Source of the DNA: a bacterium | GTDB taxonomy: Bacteria; UBA8248; JACPRG01; G963555815 | DNA: 64,000 nucleotides | Direction: 5' to 3' | NCBI GenBank assembly: GCA_965218795.1 | Contig: OZ244653.1 | Coordinates: 1,344,001 to 1,408,000, forward strand | In this document: piece after piece, positions 59,645 to 64,000 of the stretch | How the letters are laid out: each line of letters opens with the position of its first letter | Position numbering within the stretch: the stretch's first letter is position 1 | Made by a program: the position numbers and the translations under genes | The notes under the pieces: generated by a model | Database searches by the model: none | The model's input: the letters and a program-made list of their open reading frames with translations, nothing else | What the model was told of the DNA's origin: nothing

Positions 59645-60170
59645 TTAGGGGGTTCCGTGAACGAATCGTTTAGGGTAGCGGTTCCAGGCCGAGGCGAAGA
59701 GTGTGTTCCCGTTGTCCAACACGCTCTGTGCTCGACTGTGATGGACCTCCTTGGGGGTGAGCATCGCGCGATCCCGGCATGGCGATGCTCGTTGTTGTAC
59801 TAGGGGAAGAACGACCGGCAGAAGGCGATCGCCTCGGTGATGTCTTCGAAGCGTCCAGGGAAGCCGGGATGGTCCTTCAGGGTCTTGAACTGCGCTCGGA
59901 GAAGGAGTTGTCATCGCTGACATGTGGGCGGCTCATCAAGCGGGTCACCCCGAGGCCGGCGAGTCGTTGCACGGTACACTTGCTGGTCATGGGCGCGCCG
60001 CGGTCGGAGTGCGGGGTAAGCACCTGGGGCTTGAGCCTTGCTTGAGGCAGGTCTGTTCGATCCGCCTACCGGCGAGCGCGGCGTTCTCCCGGTCGGCGAC
60101 CATCCAGCCCACCGCTAGCGGCTGAAGATGTCGAGCACGACGTACAGGAAGAAGTACGTCCAGCGCCTCG
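59645..60170 (-). pseudogene. IS3-family transposase core remnant
   Basis: YFFLYVVLDIFS, VGWMVADRENAALA, HSDRGAPMTSK, SEAQFKTLK-like fragments across frameshifts. Confidence 0.75.
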
Positions 60171-60303
60171 GCACAGCAACCGCGTGGTAATATCTCAGGA
60201 CTGAGTGAGGTGCAACGGGCCGACAGGGACTCGCCTGGATGCGCGGGCGTTGTAACGAATCCGCTTTCATTTTGATTACACACTACGCAAGGTGAGTTCC
60301 GGG

Positions 60304-60335
60304 CAAGAGCAGGAATAATATATATTATCCAATAA
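60304..60335. other. dif-like AT-rich palindrome
   Basis: ATAATATATATTAT (60315-60328), i.e. ATAA-N6-TTAT core as in XerCD dif sites. Confidence 0.4.
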
Positions 60336-60496
60336 TATCAATAGGATACTAGGACTTCACGGCCGATGAAAACGGCGGTATTAACTTAAGTGGTCTGAAA
60401 AGGCAGTCCATCGAGGCGAAAACGAAGGCTCCCCAATGGATCCGACAGACGCTCTTCATTCTCCGCTGCGGCATCAAACTCTGGAGGACATGAAAC

Positions 60497-60934
60497 TTGA
60501 CGGACAAAAAATCAGAAGGCAATTCCACGGGCTCCAAGCGCCCGGTCCACGCCGATGTGGGGACGGGGAATTTTCCGCCCGCGGTCGAAAGCCACGGACT
60601 CACCTTGACCGCGGCCATTGGCGGAACCGATGAGACGGGAAAGGTCATCAGCCGATTGAGCCTTGAACAGGCCCAGCGGGCCTTTGAGAACCTTCAGACA
60701 GTCCTGGAGGCGAACGGTCAGGGGATAGAGGACGTGCTGCGGTGTACCGTGTATCTCACCGACATGCGGGACATCATCTATGTCGACCGGGCGATGGAGA
60801 GAATCTTTTCGGGCACCCTCCCCGCAGTCTCAATTATACAGGTTCAGGGACTCCGGGACGAACAGAAGGTCGCCGTCGAGGCCGTCGCGGTTCGGCGCGG
60901 GGCGGAGAAAGATATCGTCGATTTTATGGGATAG
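60497..60934 (+). CDS. Rid (RidA/YjgF) family protein lacking the conserved Arg
   Basis: QAQRAFENLQTVLEANG..DVLRCTVYLTD..LPAVSIIQV..VAVEAVA. Confidence 0.8.
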   Translation: MTDKKSEGNSTGSKRPVHADVGTGNFPPAVESHGLTLTAAIGGTDETGKVISRLSLEQAQRAFENLQTVLEANGQGIEDVLRCTVYLTDMRDIIYVDRAMERIFSGTLPAVSIIQVQGLRDEQKVAVEAVAVRRGAEKDIVDFMG

Positions 60935-60995
60935 GCGAGGGAGAGGCTGATTCGGACGAGGGCGGCGGGGGCCCGCCGCTCCCCGACCCGCCGGG

Positions 60996-61991
60996 CTACA
61001 GCTTACGGGCGAGAGACAGAGAAAACAGATCGTCCGGATCGGTCATCCAATCGATCATTTCGAATCCGCTCTCCTTCAATAAGACCCCCACCCTGCCTCG
61101 ATCGTATTTCGAGCTGATCTCGGTGAGAATCTCTTCCCCTTGCTGTAATTCCATCTCCAGATCGATTCCGTTCAGTCGAACGCGCTGCCGCCGGGTCGAC
61201 CGAAGACGCATTTCTATCCAATCGGTCTCTTTTGAATAGAATGCCCGATGCTCGAAGGCGCCGGGGTCGAAATCCGAATCCACCAACCCGTTCAGCACGC
61301 GAAGGATGTTCAAGTTGAATTCAGCGGTAACGCCCTGCGAGTCGTTATAGGCGGCTTCGAGGCGATTTACATCCTTGATGAGATCGGCCCCGAGCAGAAA
61401 CAACTCTCCCGGACGAAGCTTCTCGCACACCCCGGACAGTATCGATATGGCCTTAGAAGGCCGGAAATTTCCGATGGTTCCGCCGAGGAAGATCACCAGG
61501 CGGCGGCCGCCGTCCGGGACGTACTCTACATGTTGGGTGAAATCTCCCGCGACACCGTGGACCCGAAGCCCGGGGTAACCCACGGTCAGATCGACGGCCA
61601 CCCTCTGAACGAAGGATTCATTGACATCGATCGGGGCATACACGGCGAGGCGCCCGGCACGCTCCATGGCATCCAAAAGAATCCGCGTCTTCGTCGATGA
61701 ACCCGAGCCGAGCTCTACAAGGACGTCCGCGCCGCTGGCCTCCACGATTCGATCCGCATTCCGTTCGAGCAACGCCCGCTCTGTCCGGGTTGGGTAATAC
61801 TCCGGAAGCTCGCAAATGCGCTCAAAAAGAGCGGATCCCCGGTCATCGTAAAAGAACCTGGAAGAAATCTCCCGCGGAGTCTTCAAAAGGCCGGCCCGAA
61901 TCTGCGAAGCCGTATCTTCCCTTTCCAGCGGCTCGAGGACTTCTACCAGAATTCTCCGTTCGATATCGCCCTCTGGCCTGTTCGCGTTCAT
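60996..61991 (-). CDS. egtD: L-histidine N-alpha-methyltransferase
   Basis: FFYDDRGSALFERICELPEYYPTRTE; ELGSGSSTKT; FLGGTIGN; AYNDSQGVTAEFN; TEISSK. Confidence 0.93.
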   Translation of the reverse strand: MNANRPEGDIERRILVEVLEPLEREDTASQIRAGLLKTPREISSRFFYDDRGSALFERICELPEYYPTRTERALLERNADRIVEASGADVLVELGSGSSTKTRILLDAMERAGRLAVYAPIDVNESFVQRVAVDLTVGYPGLRVHGVAGDFTQHVEYVPDGGRRLVIFLGGTIGNFRPSKAISILSGVCEKLRPGELFLLGADLIKDVNRLEAAYNDSQGVTAEFNLNILRVLNGLVDSDFDPGAFEHRAFYSKETDWIEMRLRSTRRQRVRLNGIDLEMELQQGEEILTEISSKYDRGRVGVLLKESGFEMIDWMTDPDDLFSLSLARKL

Positions 61992-62451
61992 TCCGGCTTA
62001 TCCAATACCGTTCGTGGAAACCCGACGGCCGTCCCTGCCCGCTAGATTCGAGAGTCTTGTCAGATATCCATTCGCATCTTCATCGCCGGACAGGAGGCGC
62101 AGAAACTGCAACCTCATTCCGAATTGGCGCGAGCATCGGTTCACCCTGGGATGGATTTCGTGTGCACGGGGAGACTCAAACGTCCATGCAGCGTCCGGCT
62201 CAGTCTAGCAAATACCCGGATGAGAATGCCACCGGCCTGTGGGCGGACTCAGGAAAAGCGTGGCGGCCCAACCGCGTAGTGCGAAAATACACGTGACTTT
62301 GGGCGGGTCATGAGGGGATGAGCCTGTGCAGGCATCCAGTTTGGAAATGGTTCTCTATTTGGCGGCTTATGGAGTCCCTTCGATTGTCACGAACCGCTTG
62401 CTCTGAAGTGCGGAGCATCGGTCTTACGAGGTCGTTGGTCCGGCCCGCCCT

Positions 62452-63648
62452 TCAATCCTGGCGCAGGGATAACCGAATGGTTTCCTTCGCCGTGTTCCGC
62501 CCAAACCAGCCGCAGGGATGAAGAGGGCCGGAGGACGACTCGGCCTTGATTCGCACCGGACCCCGACGAGGGAGGGGTTTTTGTTCTGCCTCCCGATCCC
62601 GTATCTTGAGGGTTTTGGCTGCGGGGCGGCCCGCCTGAAGCGCTCGGCTCAGCCGCTCTTTCAGGTCATCTGCACGCCGGGCCGTCCTTTCCCAGGAAAC
62701 CTGGAGCAGGCGAATGCGATTCAAGGGGACGCGGCCGGCGGGGGGCTCCACATCCGCGCGCGCGGCATAGAAGCCATCCGCGGCGAAGATCCGCTGAGCG
62801 TCCAGGGAGAGGAGATAGTTCAGGAACAGAGCGCCCGCATTCGGATGCGGCGAACCGGTCAGCAGCGCGGTCCCGGCCGGTATGGCCGGTATCCCTTCTT
62901 CGGGGATAACGGGAGCCACCGGACGGCCGGCCCGCCTGGCCCGCCACACGTCCTCCCCCGACAAACCGCCCGAGAAGACCGCCCCGCCCGCAAGCAGCCG
63001 CATGGCTGCGTCTCCATAAGGAACCACGGCCGCGTTCTTTCCAATCGCCTCCATATACTCCCACCCGTAAAGTCTGGCCAAAGACGCGCCCCAATAGAAG
63101 GCCGGCCCGCCCGCGGAAGGATCCGGGACGATCAGCCGATGCCGGAACCGGGTGTCCCTCAAATCCTGCCAGCGGATAGGCGGCTTGCCCTTCGGTCCCT
63201 TGTCCGTCCGGTAGGCCATGACGGCGGTCTCGACGTAAGGGGCCACCCAGGCCGCATCCGAATCCGCCAGCCAGGGGGATACGCGAAGCCGGTTTGGGAT
63301 CTCGGCCGGCCGAAGCAGCCCGACGCCTTTGAGCTCGACGAGAACCCCGGGGTCGGTTGATTGAAATACGTCAGGCCGCGGCTGTCCCGGCTCCGCGCTC
63401 AGGAGCTTCGCCCGCAGTTCTGCATCCGTCCCGTACGTCGGCTCCACGCGGATCGAGATTTTTCCCTGGAAATCCTGGATGATTTTCTCCGCCGTCTCTT
63501 TTCGAAGGGAGGTGTGCCAAATCACCACCCCCTCCGCCTGCCCGAGCTTTGCGTCCGGTGCCTTCGGGAGACGAACCAGTGGACCGGCAGGCGCGCAACA
63601 ACCCGCCAGGGAGAGGAACAACAAGGGGATCAACCAACGGGAAGGCAT
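62452..63648 (-). CDS. Fe3+/thiamine-type ABC substrate-binding lipoprotein
   Basis: Lipobox LAGC; WQDL.D; PEEG; SPHPNAGALFLNYLLS..AQ. Confidence 0.85.
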   Translation of the reverse strand: MPSRWLIPLLFLSLAGCCAPAGPLVRLPKAPDAKLGQAEGVVIWHTSLRKETAEKIIQDFQGKISIRVEPTYGTDAELRAKLLSAEPGQPRPDVFQSTDPGVLVELKGVGLLRPAEIPNRLRVSPWLADSDAAWVAPYVETAVMAYRTDKGPKGKPPIRWQDLRDTRFRHRLIVPDPSAGGPAFYWGASLARLYGWEYMEAIGKNAAVVPYGDAAMRLLAGGAVFSGGLSGEDVWRARRAGRPVAPVIPEEGIPAIPAGTALLTGSPHPNAGALFLNYLLSLDAQRIFAADGFYAARADVEPPAGRVPLNRIRLLQVSWERTARRADDLKERLSRALQAGRPAAKTLKIRDREAEQKPLPRRGPVRIKAESSSGPLHPCGWFGRNTAKETIRLSLRQD

Positions 63649-63692
63649 GGCGAGATCAGAGTCTCCATTCCGGGTCGACAAAAGGTCTTCGT

Positions 63693-63727
63693 CTCATTTT
63701 CAAGAAATGAATTGCCATTTCAGAAAA
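63693..63727. promoter_or_regulatory. Putative Fur/Zur-family operator
   Basis: GAAATG-N6-CATTTC inverted repeat (63704-63721) in an AT-rich patch upstream of the binding-protein gene. Confidence 0.4.
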
Positions 63728-64000
63728 TCCGGGCCGGCGCGTTTCAAACCGTCCGGCGTAAAATTTCTGAAGAGTATTCAGTTTATCCTCCTCCAACCGA
63801 TTTCGCTAACAAGTTTTGCATGCTGATGTCGAGTATGGGGATCCACCGGCAACCTGGAAATCGCTGGACCAGTCCCGCCTCAGCCGGACATTTTCCATCT
63901 CGGCGCGACCGAAGCCGGGAACGCTCAGGACACCCGAGCAAATCTATCGTGATCTCTCGCCCCGCGTCGTCTTGATCGAGAAAAAGCAGGACCCGCCTGG

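Larger units (their letters stand above)
55217..60401. mobile_element. Decayed integrative island at the 3' end of the UbiD gene
   Basis: AAGTGGTCTGAAAA at 55217-55230 (spans the stop codon) and 60388-60401; island contains two integrases, SRAP and IS3 remnants. Confidence 0.7.

Noticed and set aside
1-64000. tRNA, rRNA or riboswitch genes
   Set aside because: No recognisable cloverleaf, rRNA or riboswitch consensus seen by eye; an Infernal/Rfam scan would be needed to exclude them

Overview
GC-rich bacterial window; the gene repertoire resembles Nitrospinota/Tectomicrobia-like or deltaproteobacterial genomes, but this is inference only. It alternates between transport/catabolic genes and decaying accessory DNA. 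The first group includes sugar, NMT1-type, BMP/nucleoside and Fe3+-type ABC components, two orphan xanthine-dehydrogenase-family Mo subunits, a Rieske oxygenase, amidohydrolase, cyclase, UbiD, DUF1116, DUF1989, ispH, egtD and two ArnT-like glycosyltransferases. The accessory DNA includes MmeI-like and Type ISP/IIG-like RM genes, a HEPN nuclease, hicAB, IS5, IS3 remnants, tandem tyrosine integrases and SRAP. Main observations: (1) a cluster of three orphan XDH C-terminal 'LPxTPEKV' tails in alternating orientation at 29994-30245, one being a 46/50 repeat of the 3' end of the XDH gene 9 kb upstream (att-site or shufflon-like arrangement); (2) an integrase island bounded by a direct repeat over the ubiD stop codon, with a dif-like palindrome at its right end; (3) two selenoproteins split by the ORF caller (OsmC-like, and peroxiredoxin-like UxxC), each followed by a hairpin whose loop starts 21 nt after UGA; (4) a single-chain triple-Rid protein; (5) palindromic repeats inserted in frame in the RM gene. 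Many genes carry frameshifts or in-frame stops, which may be real decay or assembly error.
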